From positions 124,001 through 188,000 of the forward strand of contig QPGO01000072.1 in assembly GCA_008632985.1 (NCBI GenBank): a stretch of DNA of 64,000 bases. Direction: 5' to 3'. The notes below the pieces were generated by a model. The model had not been told where the DNA came from. It did not search any database and saw only the letters and a list, made by a program, of their open reading frames with translations. Below are positions 11,746 through 22,490 of this stretch, in pieces. The stretch comes from Psammoneis japonica (taxonomy: Eukaryota). The stretch's first letter is position 1. Each line of letters opens with the position of its first letter. Position numbers and translations under genes: made by a program.

Positions 11746-12553
11746 ATTGTTAGACTACTACTTCTTCTATCTCTGAAGGGCGAAGGTAGTGTATCGTGCA
11801 TTGTGTGAAGATCTGAATGTCAGAATTGGCAAGCTTCCGAAACGAGTCAAGCGCGCTGCTTGCGCGCGATACGTGATGCCAATGATGGCCGGTAACTCCA
11901 TCCAGCGGCACCAACTTCTTTCTGGTCCCTTGTTGAGACTGCATTTTAGAGTATTGTAAGTGCAGAGAAGAGAGGTCGTCCAACAATTTTGGTTGCGTGT
12001 ACTAACTGTAGCGACAAAAATTCTTTTGCACTACCAACGTGCCACACTGTGCACTAGAAGTACAAAATCATATCCATCGCTACATACAGGCCTGATGATG
12101 AATACCGTGCATGAAAAGATGGGTCCCATTTTTAGGCTTTTTGGGGGGGGGCAACCACCCTTTGAGATTCTTCTCGCCTTCCTTTCTGTTCCGTTGCATG
12201 ATCAAACAACATCCTTTGCTCTTGACCAAAGACCTCCCTTGGGACCAAAATCTTCGAAATAGTCCGATTAGGACGGTGCCTAAGTAACGTTTCGCAATTG
12301 CTACTGTCGATCGTTAAATGACATAATTTTATTTATCTCATCTATACAAACCGAAAAAGTCGTAGGGCAGTATTACTATTTTGTCCATATCTAATCTCTC
12401 ACTTTTTCTTGCTCGGCTCTTCCTGTTTTCAACACTCTGTGGTGCCGAGTCAGTCTGGAAAAAGTCGAAAGTACGACTATGCTCGAAACGCGTTGCTTCA
12501 CTTTTTAATTCCTGTTCCTCCATTTTGATCATTACGTTCTTTATTGCACAAGG

Positions 12554-14868
12554 ATGATGGTCACGAGACTTGTTCTTGTTGCGTTGGCACTCTTTTGCCT
12601 TGTGTTGTGCGAACGATGTTCGCGATCTACAATTGACAAACCGGACCCTTGTAACGCAGTCGTCAGAAAGGCCTTTTCTTTTTGTGAGACCACGTACAAC
12701 TGATCCTCTCGGTTTGTGTGAAGGCCCTTGTTCTGAGCATGACGACTGTGGGCTGGGAATGAATTGCTACAAGTTGCGCAAAGGGCAAAAGCAAACCGGT
12801 CGAATCCCTGGGTGCCGAGGGCAAGACCCATGGCATCGAAGGTTTTGTTTTAAACCTGATAAAGGTGTTTTGGTAACCAAAGGACAGGAAGGAAAACCCG
12901 AAAACGCATATCCATTGGGGCTCTGTCAAGGTATTGTACTACGATGCGAATTGTTTTATGGATGTTGTTGACAGAAAGAATATGTTCTCACCTCATCACG
13001 TGTTTATAGGTAACTGTCGCGGAGATTCAGATTGCGCTCTGGGGCTCGTTTGTGATGCAAAGTCACTAGTTCCAGGCTGTCAAGGCTTTGGCGTTGCGAG
13101 TGAAAAATACTGTGCTTTCCCTCCTGAACCAAACACTTTGGTAAAGAAGGTGGAAAGGTTCAAGAGACCAAACAAAGCCCTCGGAAAGTGCGAAGGTGAA
13201 TGCATAGGAAATCGTTGTAGAGGAGGACTCAAATGCTTCGTTCGTGCAGGAAGTGAACGCATCCCAGGTTGCCAGGGGCTAGGAATCAATCAAGGCTCGT
13301 ACTGCTACAAGCCAAAACCAAACAGTCAGCCACGCGACGAAGGCACAGGGTCAAAACCAAACAGTCCGCCGCGCGACGAAGACACAAAACCTGAGCCTCA
13401 TGGCGGCAATCACTCCCCCAATAGCCACAACAAAGGCAACGAGGAAAAGGAAGAAGGAAAACAAGTTGGCGACTCGACCAATGTTCTTAGACACACCCAG
13501 GCGTGCACCGTTTTGTCGCCATGCTCGCGTTGCGAAGGCAATTGTGGAGGCAACAATGATAAATGCGAGGGTGACTTGATATGCTTTTCCAAGACGACAT
13601 ACAGCAAGATTCCCTTATGTAACGGCAAGGGTCAGCCAGGTATTGACTATTGCTCGTTGCCACACGAGACCAGACCTATAACATATTCGCCTGGTGAATT
13701 GTCCGTATACGAGGCCGGACTATTGCTCTCCACCGGATTAATAGCTCGTGTTATTGCGGTTCAGCATGAGAAGGTGCTGCTCGAGCACATTAACAAGAGA
13801 TCCAATGAGCACATGCATGTGGATCCAGATGGTGCGGCAGTGTTTGCAAATGAGGAGACTGGTGGATGGAAGTACGTTTCTAACTCGGAGAGCGCTTCAC
13901 AAGGTGGCGTTGGTGCGATTGAATTCAATTCTCGGGGGAAAGTAGTAGGCTACGAGCGACTCCTGTCCGGAACTCGGAGAAATTGCGGCGGTGGTGCCAC
14001 TTTCTGGTCTACTTGGATATCGTGTGAAGAAATTGAAGGAGGACAGATATGGGAGATTGATCCATTCGGCAAGCAGCCACCAAGGCAAACAATTATTGGA
14101 ATCGAAGGTGGAGACTTGTACGAGAGTGCTGCTTATGATAATCGCGACCCAGAAAATCCTGTATTTTACGTGACTACGGATGCCGAGGATGGCCCTTTGC
14201 TCAAGTTTACACCCGACAAAAGCGCTACCTTGCAGGCCTTGAAAACACAAGACTTTTCTCGACTCTTGCATTCCAACGAAACTGGTACAGCAAAGACAGA
14301 GTTTCTTGTGCTTGAGCCCAGCACACCGTCCAAGGATAAAGGAACCTTCTTCTGGACCGAAGACTTGACATTGGGTCGAACGAGCGCCTCTAATCTATAC
14401 CAGAACTGCGAAGGTATCGATCACAGAAATGGCAAGGTATTTTTTACTTGCAAACGGAATGAAGATTTGTTCATCTTGGATACCAAACGAGGGACCTACA
14501 CAAGGGAGTCGACAAGAAGTGGAGCGTTCAACGGAAACCCTGACCAGGTGGCGAGAGTGCTGGGCGGCAACGAGTCGGATTCGATTCTGTACTTTTGTGA
14601 AGCAAAAGGTTCTACAGCACAAGACTGCGGAGTTCATGGTCGTGATGGAAAGGGAGCCTATTTTACCATACTAGAGAATGCTGGCACTCTTCCGGAGCTG
14701 ACTGGGGAAGTCACCGGCTTAGCCTTCTCCCCCGACAACATGTTCATGTATTTCTCTTATCAGGTTCCTGGAAAAATATTTGAAGTAAAACGTACGGATG
14801 GGTATCCGTTTGGTGGCCAAACCTTGGATATCAGATACCACAAGATGACATCAGATACAACAAGATGA
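12554..14868 (+). CDS. phoX: Secreted PhoX-type (DUF839) alkaline phosphatase with N-terminal Cys-rich repeats; intron 12931-13009; apparent 1-nt frameshift near 12595
   Basis: PDGAAVF, YVSNSE, NCGGG.T.W.TWISCEE, EVTGLAFSPD motifs; repeated LGxCEGxC..D.DC..GL.C units. Removing one T from ctcttttgcc gives the signal peptide MMVTRLVLVALALFALCCA. Confidence 0.85.
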
Positions 14869-15627
14869 AGTCTTGAAGAACACAAGACCGTCAGAACGAC
14901 ACTATTTCATTTGGCGTTTTATTTTTCTGATGGGGGTAGAACAATGCACTCTGTTGTACGGATCAGTCAAGGGTTCAATAATTCTGAATTCCAAACGTGA
15001 TCAAATGAGCAACGGCAGTGTTATGCTTTCATGCATGGGATATGGTAGTCGCAAGGGGGTCATCACGGTGGGGCAAGTGCCGAAATACACTGTACATGTC
15101 TTATAGAAACTTTTGTTTAAAACGATTGGACTACTCACAAACGCAACCGTAGACTACAGCAGTGCCATGCAGATATCCCAGAGTTTTAGCATCCCACCTC
15201 ATCAAGAGGGAGAGAAAGGACCAAATCGTGCTACGATTCACCGAACCCTTCTGACAATTCATCAACAAAATCAACAAAACTCACAACATTGCTTGACAAA
15301 CACACAACGTCTGCATTCTCTCTCGTGAGCAACTTTGAAGATGCATCTCTTCATGTGGACAACCCACGTGGTGCATGTCTGTTGCTTGGATGGGCAAGAG
15401 GTGAATGGGTTCCATCATCAGGACTCTGGATCACATGCCAGAGCCTTTCACTGTGAGACAACTGCACTGCCATTTCAGAAGCAGCATGGGTGGCTCCACG
15501 AGTGAAGAAAATTGAAGCCCCAAAGACTGATGCTGGAGAGACTGGCCAACAAGCTGTCAAGCATGAAGCACCACAATGTGATTGCAGCCATGGGTGTGGG
15601 AGCCTTGGCGAGTGCTGGGATCCCCAA

Positions 15628-15830
15628 NNNNNNNNNNNNNNNNNNNNNNNNNNNNNNNNNNNNNNNNNNNNNNNNNNNNNNNNNNNNNNNNNNNNNNNNN
15701 NNNNNNNNNNNNNNNNNNNNNNNNNNNNNNNNNNNNNNNNNNNNNNNNNNNNNNNNNNNNNNNNNNNNNNNNNNNNNNNNNNNNNNNNNNNNNNNNNNNN
15801 NNNNNNNNNNNNNNNNNNNNNNNNNNNNNN
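15628..15830. other. Assembly gap (N run)
   Basis: Run of N bases. Confidence 1.
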
Positions 15831-18120
15831 GGGGGGCAAATGACAAGGATGTTTTTGTGTGTGGTTTGCTGGTCTTTGTCATTGTGACAAGTTTTCTCAA
15901 ACTGCCTGTCTTGTCAGAGATTGCTGCTCAGCCAAGAGAGTTGGCTGGTGTGCAGCATCTAGCCTCACAGCTGCTGACATGCAACATTTTGAAACAAGGC
16001 AGCTGTGATGGTGGTCCACCAAAGTTCTGTGGGTTGTGGCCAGGTGAGAGAAAAATTTGTTGTCTCTGCACAACAAAGTCTCTTCACAAAACTTCTCAGC
16101 AGATTCAAGATGAAAGGGCTTTTGAAGAAGCTGCAAAGTCTTGCATTTTTGCTCACTTGATTTGATGGACAACTTCGTGAAATTCCAAGCCACGGCAGTG
16201 GTTTCCCAACCACACCACTTGTTTCCATGACAAAGTGGTTGGATGGAAAGCATTTTGTCAGTGGTGGCACCTCCCATCACACCACTGTCAACATCCTCCA
16301 GTCTCTGGAACTTTGTCTGTGTGTGCCACCTCCTCACTGGCACAAGAACTTGACATGAGCAAGTCATGTGTGCAAAAACACCATTGCACTTTGGGGCCCT
16401 TCACTCTCCACTCTGACTGCCATTGCCACTCAAAAGCTCTGGCTGCTCCGTGGCCCCATCAGGTGCTTTTGTGATGAGCTCCCAGCTGGAGAATGGTGGG
16501 TTCTGCAAGTTGCATCGGCCAGATGATGAATTGTTTGAACCATCTGCACCTGCAAAAAGCAACTTGAGCAACCAGCCAAAGCAAGCGCCGTTGTGCCAGA
16601 TCTGGCACACATGTGAACAACCTGCAGAGAGTGGCACACTCCACATTGTGGATGCTGCTGGCAGCTCCCTCAACCAAGAGAGGGCAGCCCACTCATGTCC
16701 CTGTGATCAGTTCACAGAAGATGATGAATGGAGACTCAAATTGAGGCTCAGATCATGACCTCTTCTTGGGGGAGATGAGGAGGTGCAGTGCAAAGCCCTG
16801 TGGGCCCCATGTGTTGCCATTGGCAAAAGTCCTGAGAGCTTGAAAACAAATGAAAAATCCTGCATTGCAGGAGCAAAATGTGGCACTCACAACGTTCAAA
16901 AATGAGACACACAGAGAGTCAAAGTGGGCTGCATCTCACCAGCTTCATGTGGCTCCCATTGTGCAGCACAGCACACACACAGCAGTCATGACCCATCCCA
17001 TGGATTTTTCATCTCCTGAGAAAGCAGTGCCAGCAGCCTGCTCCAGCTCTGGGTGGAATGATTTTGGATGTTCTTGCACTCCTGACAAAAAAAATCTTTC
17101 TCAAACACTCACCTCCTCCACAATGTGAGTTTTCAAAAGAAAGGCATGCAGTCACATGGAACAACACAACACTTTGCATGTGACAAAAAGTCTTGCTTTG
17201 TTTGAAAATGTCAAAGTCAAAGCAAAGAGCAGATTGACAAGATGTGATTTTGCCAAGTGTCCCAAACTGCATGGTTTTGGACCACCACACCTGGAGTCAG
17301 AGCAGGCCCAGCACCTGCTTCAGCAACAGCGCTGCTGGAGCAATCCAACGGCAGCTGCAAAAATCCTCCAGTTGCTCAGCCAGCAGTCATCATGCCATGC
17401 TGCTGCCAGCATGGTGGTGAGGAAGGTCAAAGCTGACAAAGTGTGGGCATGGTGGCACAAGAGGGGCAAGCAGCAGCAGCATCTTTCTCAAGGAGCTGGG
17501 TGAGCAGAAATGGCTGGAGTGCTGGTGGTTTGAAAAAACAGAAGGGAAGCTTCCAGCTCAGTGCTTGATGCAGCTGACAAGGTGGCAGATGCACCAACTG
17601 CAGAGAATGCCAAGGAGCTTCTTCACATGCTTTTTGCAGAGGCCTGCTTGGGTGTTTGTTGTTGACTTGGGGTTGCATCAGCCTTCGTGCGCCTCCTTTG
17701 CAGAACTGTGTCTCAGTGCAAACCATCAGATGATGGAGGAACCCCAATGCATCTGGGCTCCGGAGCTTGTGTTTGTTGTTTGCACATCCAAGTGTGCAAA
17801 GGGCTGATCAAGAAAACACACAATGGCCAAAGTTTGCAGCAAATTGAAAGCACACACACTGCTTTTTCCAAACAAAATTGGAGTGGGGGACACACACACA
17901 TCTGATGATGAAAATGTTTGTTTGATGGTGTGATGCCACCCAGTCTGCTTTCAGGTGACATCTTTGATGGCTGGAGTTGGTTGGAGCAGCAGGGGCTGCA
18001 AATGTGGAGTTTACATTTGCTCAATTGTGGCTGTTGCCTCTGGTTGTCAAAGCTGTCTTTGACATCTGCCTTGTCACTGACAACAAACAAGTTGACAAGA
18101 CACAACTGAAGCCTTGGCTT

Positions 18121-18420
18121 TTCTCATCAGGAGAGAGAATTCTTCCCCCATCTCTGATGTGCCAGAGGGGCACATTGCTTGTGGGAGCTTCTGTGCTCAT
18201 GGGATGAGGATCTTGGAACTTTCTTTGTTTAAAAACAAAGGTGCAAAGTGCAAACTTCATTGGAAAAGACAGCTCAAACAGGGCTGCTCTCTCTGATGTT
18301 CAGTTGGACAGCTGCTGGGGGCTCTGGCTCAGCATGTGGCATTGTTGATTGCCACGGGGTTGGTGTGGGTGTCAATGTCATGCATCAGCAGCTTGCAATG
18401 TGCAGCACATGATGCAAGAG
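18121..18420 (+). repeat. ~300-bp dispersed repeat, copy 1 (copy 2 at 20613-20938)
   Basis: Shared blocks cttgtgggagcttctg, gatcttggaac, aacaaaggtgcaaagtgcaaactt, gcaatgtgcagca..tgatgcaagag. Confidence 0.85.
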
Positions 18421-19839
18421 TGTGCGATCCATTCAACAGCAACACTTTGCAATGTTTTTGTGTTCCTTGCAGCAAATGAAGTGAGCACAGCAACAGATGC
18501 TTTTGATGAGGAAATGAGAATGCTTGCACCAACATGTTTGCAAGTGACTTGCAACCTTGACACTCAAACTTTTGGCTTGTGCTCTGAGCTTCTGCCAGAG
18601 TGCAACATCTGGCTTTGCTCAGGCCACATTGCTGGACAGATCCCACACACTCCACTGCTGCTGCTGCTGCTGCCACAGCAGCAGCTGACAGATCAGGAGC
18701 GCACTGTTGGACAGATGTTTCAGACCTGCAAATGGATGTGCTGTGGAATGCATGCTGATGCAATGCATTCCCTGAGATGCAAAGAGAGAGTGCCACTCAT
18801 GGCAAGATCTTTGTCCAGGTGGTGTTCACATGTTGGCACAACGTTGCAGCCTTCTGAGACATTTGGTCCCATTGCCTGGCTTCCAATGATGGAGAAATTC
18901 CCTCAAGATGATTCAAGAAGCAAGAGTGCATGCAGAGCACCAGACCCTGTCAGAAACAGACAGCTCATGACATTGGCTGCTTCCTCATTGAAACATTGCA
19001 TCAAAATCAAAGTTGATGCCACAAAAAGACACACGCAGCACAGGGCCAATGCAACCATGCAATTCACGTCCTCAGGGGTCACTGCACCACAAACTGTGGG
19101 AATTGGGGACAACCACAATGGGGTGCACAACACCGCAAGCAACCATGTTGCATTGCCTGTCAGTGGGGAAAATTCATCAACAAATGAGTGCAAAATGAGG
19201 GTGTGAAGAACAGCCAAGATGCCATTTGTCACAACTGTGGCTTTGGCAGTGCACAGAGAATGACAAGCCTGCTGCTGAGAGTCCATCTCAAAGGGACTTT
19301 CCTGCACATCAAGCAACAATGCTGCAGCTGTCCTTGTGCACTTTCAGCGCTCTTCCATTGCTTTCCAGTGTGCTGCACTTTCAGCTGCACTCAGTCAAGG
19401 TCAGCTGCATTGTGCAAAATCTGGCCAGATTGCATTTCTGTGGATGGAGGGAAGTTGCTCAGGGGGTCATTGTGGCACAATCATTCACTTTGCATTAAAT
19501 GTGTGTTCCACCATGAGTGCAAAGATTGTCAAATTGTCATGACAGTCATTGTGGCTCACCATTTTAACAACTTGCATCATTGGGCGGGGCCAACATCACT
19601 CAAAACACCACCTCAAAGAGAAAACACAGAGAACTTCTTCTCCTCACAATCTCAATTTGGTCGCTGCAACACTGGCACCCGGAATTGCCCCAACCCCCTT
19701 TGTTCATCATCACACTTTGTCTCTTGACTGCACTCTGGAGGACATTGTGACACGCTTCCTCTCTGCGCTGAAGAGAAAAGACATGTTGGATGCCTCAAGC
19801 ATGTCATTGTCCTTGTCCTTGTCATCCTCATTGCATGAA

Positions 19840-20590
19840 GAGGACATTCTGTTTGCTCCAACTCCAGCTCTGGCAATTGTGGGAGTGGTTGACTTTTGCA
19901 AGAGCACTGAACAAAAGCTCTTCCAAACTGGTTTGGAAGAGCTGAGTGGAGAGATGTTCAACTGCACTCCAGGCAAACTCTTTCAGTTCCTCAAGAATGT
20001 CAACAACAGGGCCAGCTTGCTTGGATGGAATGACCTGGTCATGGGAATTTTCACAACACCCCCAAGGACCCTGATGACCCCAATGCAGTGCACTCAAACC
20101 TGATCACCAGTTGTGGTGAGATCAGCTTGGAGCACATCAAGAAACACCAGGAGCTGCACATGAGGATGAACCCTTGTTGTGCAGCCCAAAACACCACCAT
20201 GTTTGGACACTGTCTCATTGGTTTGATCTCCAAGAGTGGAAAGGAAAAGATGCACATCCATGACAAGTCCTGAAAGGCTGGAGACAAGATTTCTGGCTGT
20301 CTGCTTCTTGAGGTCAACACTCAAGAGTCATGCCTTGATGCAAACATGACCATGAGCATGATCTGTGTGAAACTTGTGGAGTTCTTTTGTCGACACTTGC
20401 CCACAATTGGTTCACAACATTGCAAAGTTCAATCAGCATGGCTCTCCTCCCCTCATGGCATTGAGGTCTCATGGCAAAACCATGATGGAAGACCTCCTGA
20501 CAAATCTGTTTGGAGGGCACTTGGCTGCTTCTGACAAGAGCTTTGTCAAGTGCACTGGAAACAAGCAAGAGGAACAAGTTGACAAGATTG
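19840..20590 (+). mobile_element. Diatom Copia (CoDi-like) gag relic, frameshifted
   Basis: FAPTPALAIVGVVDF..KLF..FNCTPGKLFQFLK..RA..GW, NLITSCGEISLE, EDLLTNLFGGHLAASDKSFVKC resemble recalled CoDi gag segments. Confidence 0.7.
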
Positions 20591-20612
20591 TGCAAGTGTC
20601 AAGCCCCAGCTC

Positions 20613-20938
20613 TTCTCACCCGGAGAGAGTGGCACTCTCCCCCGTGGCTCTGATGTGCTGTGCTGAAAGGGGCACATCACTTGTGGGAGCTTCTGCACTC
20701 ACAGGATGAAGATCTTGGAACATGTTTTTGCCCAAGCAACAAAGGTGCAAAGTGCAAACTTTGTCAGGAAAAACAGCTCAATCAGGGTCAGTCTTTCTGA
20801 TGTTCAGTCAGCCAGCTGCCTGCTGGGAGCTCTGGCTCACATGGTGTTGTTGTTTGCCATGGGGTTGATGCTGGTGTCGATGACATGTTTGTCAAAGCAT
20901 CTGCTGCAGCTGGCAATGTGCAGCATGTGATGCAAGAG
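20613..20938 (+). repeat. ~300-bp dispersed repeat, copy 2
   Basis: Aligns with 18121-18420; begins where the gag relic ends. Confidence 0.85.
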
Positions 20939-21477
20939 CTCGCAACACTTGTGCTTGGGCTCAACAAAGATGGAACATGCCAACATGTCCCACCAAATTC
21001 CAAGGCTTTGGCCTCTCTCTCTCCTGGTTGAGTGTTTGGTTTGAAGTGCAAAAACCGCAGCTCCTGCCCTGTTGCCTGTTGAGAACAACATTGCCTTGAG
21101 AGGCAGACAAGCTCTTGACATGTCATGTTGGGCCATTTTGAGTCACAGACTTGGGGTGTCAGTGGCCCACTCTCCTTGTGGTTGGACATGCCAGCTGCTT
21201 TGCTGTTTTGCACACGCAAAAAGCACGTGTCTCTGCAGCGTGGATGTTTCGCCATGTGGCATCATTTTTGACAGTGCCCAGCTCACCCCAGCTGACAGTT
21301 TGCACATGCAAAAGTTCACAAGGAGGCCTGCACACAGCCCTGGAAGAAGCCCCTGCAACCAAGCATGGCGCGTTGATGCTGTGCCCTTGTTTTTCGCTGT
21401 GTGCTGCCCACACTCATTGACAGGATTTAAACAAGATTGACCAACTCGATTAAATCCGACCCATCAACCTGAAAAAT

Positions 21478-21541
21478 TGCGATACCCAGGAATCGAACCT
21501 AGGTCCTCTTATAACCGGTTACCGACTAAACCATTTACCGC
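21478..21541 (-). ncRNA. tRNA-like Pol III unit in the 3' LTR (anticodon arm reduced)
   Basis: GCGGTA/TATCGC acceptor stem, A box TGGTTTAGTCGG, T arm CTAGG-TTCGATT-CCTGG, then a TTTTT run. Confidence 0.75.
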
Positions 21542-21978
21542 TTTCTTCAAACTGACAGGCTTTTTGTACATAGTCACACATGTTTCAGCCAGAGAGTGAC
21601 ATACACCTTTAATTCTTCTTAGAATTCTGTCACTCCCCATATGTCACGAAGCTGTCTGACGTCACGAAGCTGTCTGACGTTCCTTTCTTTGGACAATGAT
21701 ACTTCTCACAGCTCCCCTTCTACCTGGGCCACATTTTTCTGCACATGTCATGACCTCCCCGGCGAACTGATAATTGGGCGGCCATTCCGGCCTCGGCATC
21801 CCTAATAAGAGCACTATGTGCATCGTCGGTCTGTCTCACCGCAGCCTCTCCTCAGTTTTAGAGTCATCTTGAAGGAGCACACACACCTAGGTTCAAATCA
21901 TCAACGGTCCTCGCACCATGACAGGATTTAAACAAGATTGACCAACTCGATTAAATCCGACCCATCAACCTGAAAAAT

Positions 21979-22043
21979 TGCGATACCCAGGAATCGAACC
22001 TAGGTCCTCTTATAACCGGTTTACCGACTAAACCATTTGCCGC
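21979..22043 (-). ncRNA. tRNA-like Pol III unit in the 5' LTR
   Basis: Same as the other LTR, with a perfect D stem GTTT/AAAC. Confidence 0.75.
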
Positions 22044-22134
22044 TTTCTTCAAACTGACAGGCTTTTTGTACATAGTCACACATGTTTCAGCCAGAGAGTG
22101 ACACACACCTTTAATTCTTCTTAGAATTCTGTCA

Positions 22135-22490
22135 CTCATCCTCTCATCCAGCACTGCCACAACCCCCAAGTTTGCTTTGAAGAAACTTGGAAAAGGAGAC
22201 AAGGCTTTCCATTGCTGCTGAGAGAAGCCATCATTGAACAGCTCTTGGAGCCACGCAAAGAGCCCAAAGACAGTGGGGGGGGGGGGGGGCGGGAGTTTGA
22301 CGAACCTTGGCCTTGGCGTGGGTGCTTTGAGGACACTTCTTGCCACTTCTTGGCTCTGAGGATTGCCAAGCCTGCTGTTACAGTGCACCAGCAGCACACA
22401 AACCTCATGCTCCTGCCTGCAGACTCCACCAAACTTGCCTCACAACCACCTGCCTCTGTTGGGGCGGCTTGGCCCTCATGCATGCTCTGC
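22135..22490. other. Continuation of TpA-depleted island 3 beyond the TRIM
   Basis: About 1 TA in ~350 bp, then an abrupt return to TA-rich sequence. Confidence 0.8.

Larger units (their letters stand above)
15240..21417. other. TpA-depleted island 3: nested degenerate transposon graveyard
   Basis: About 5 TA in ~6 kb by eye (near 15960, 18012, 18230, 19496, 19565); CG also scarce; dozens of overlapping Tyr-free ORFs. Confidence 0.92.
21418..22134 (-). mobile_element. TRIM (miniature non-autonomous LTR retrotransposon), 717 bp
   Basis: LTRs 21418-21632 and 21919-22134 (TGACAG...CTGTCA; 2 substitutions and 1 indel). TSD CTCAT at 21413-21417 and 22135-22139. Minus-strand PBS TGGTGCGAGGACCG (21905-21918) and PPT ATGGGGAG (21633-21640). 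Confidence 0.95.

Noticed and set aside
18121..20938. The two ~300-bp repeats as the LTR pair of one element
   Set aside because: No recognisable TG..CA ends, PBS, PPT or TSD, and the second copy cuts into gag; more likely separate insertions.
15240..21417. Classical fungal RIP or CpG decay alone as the explanation
   Set aside because: RIP creates TpA and CpG decay leaves it untouched; neither removes TpA or converts Tyr codons to Cys/His.
15351..21440. Dozens of overlapping ORFs in all six frames as genes
   Set aside because: Artefact of missing TAA/TAG stops; Tyr-free, Cys/His/Gln-rich, no coherent domains apart from TE relics.
21478..21541. Functional tRNA gene
   Set aside because: Anticodon arm is reduced to ~10 nt and it lies inside an LTR; called tRNA-like only.
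21951..22397. 148-aa minus ORF
   Set aside because: Runs from hypermutated flank across the LTR; chimeric and non-coding.
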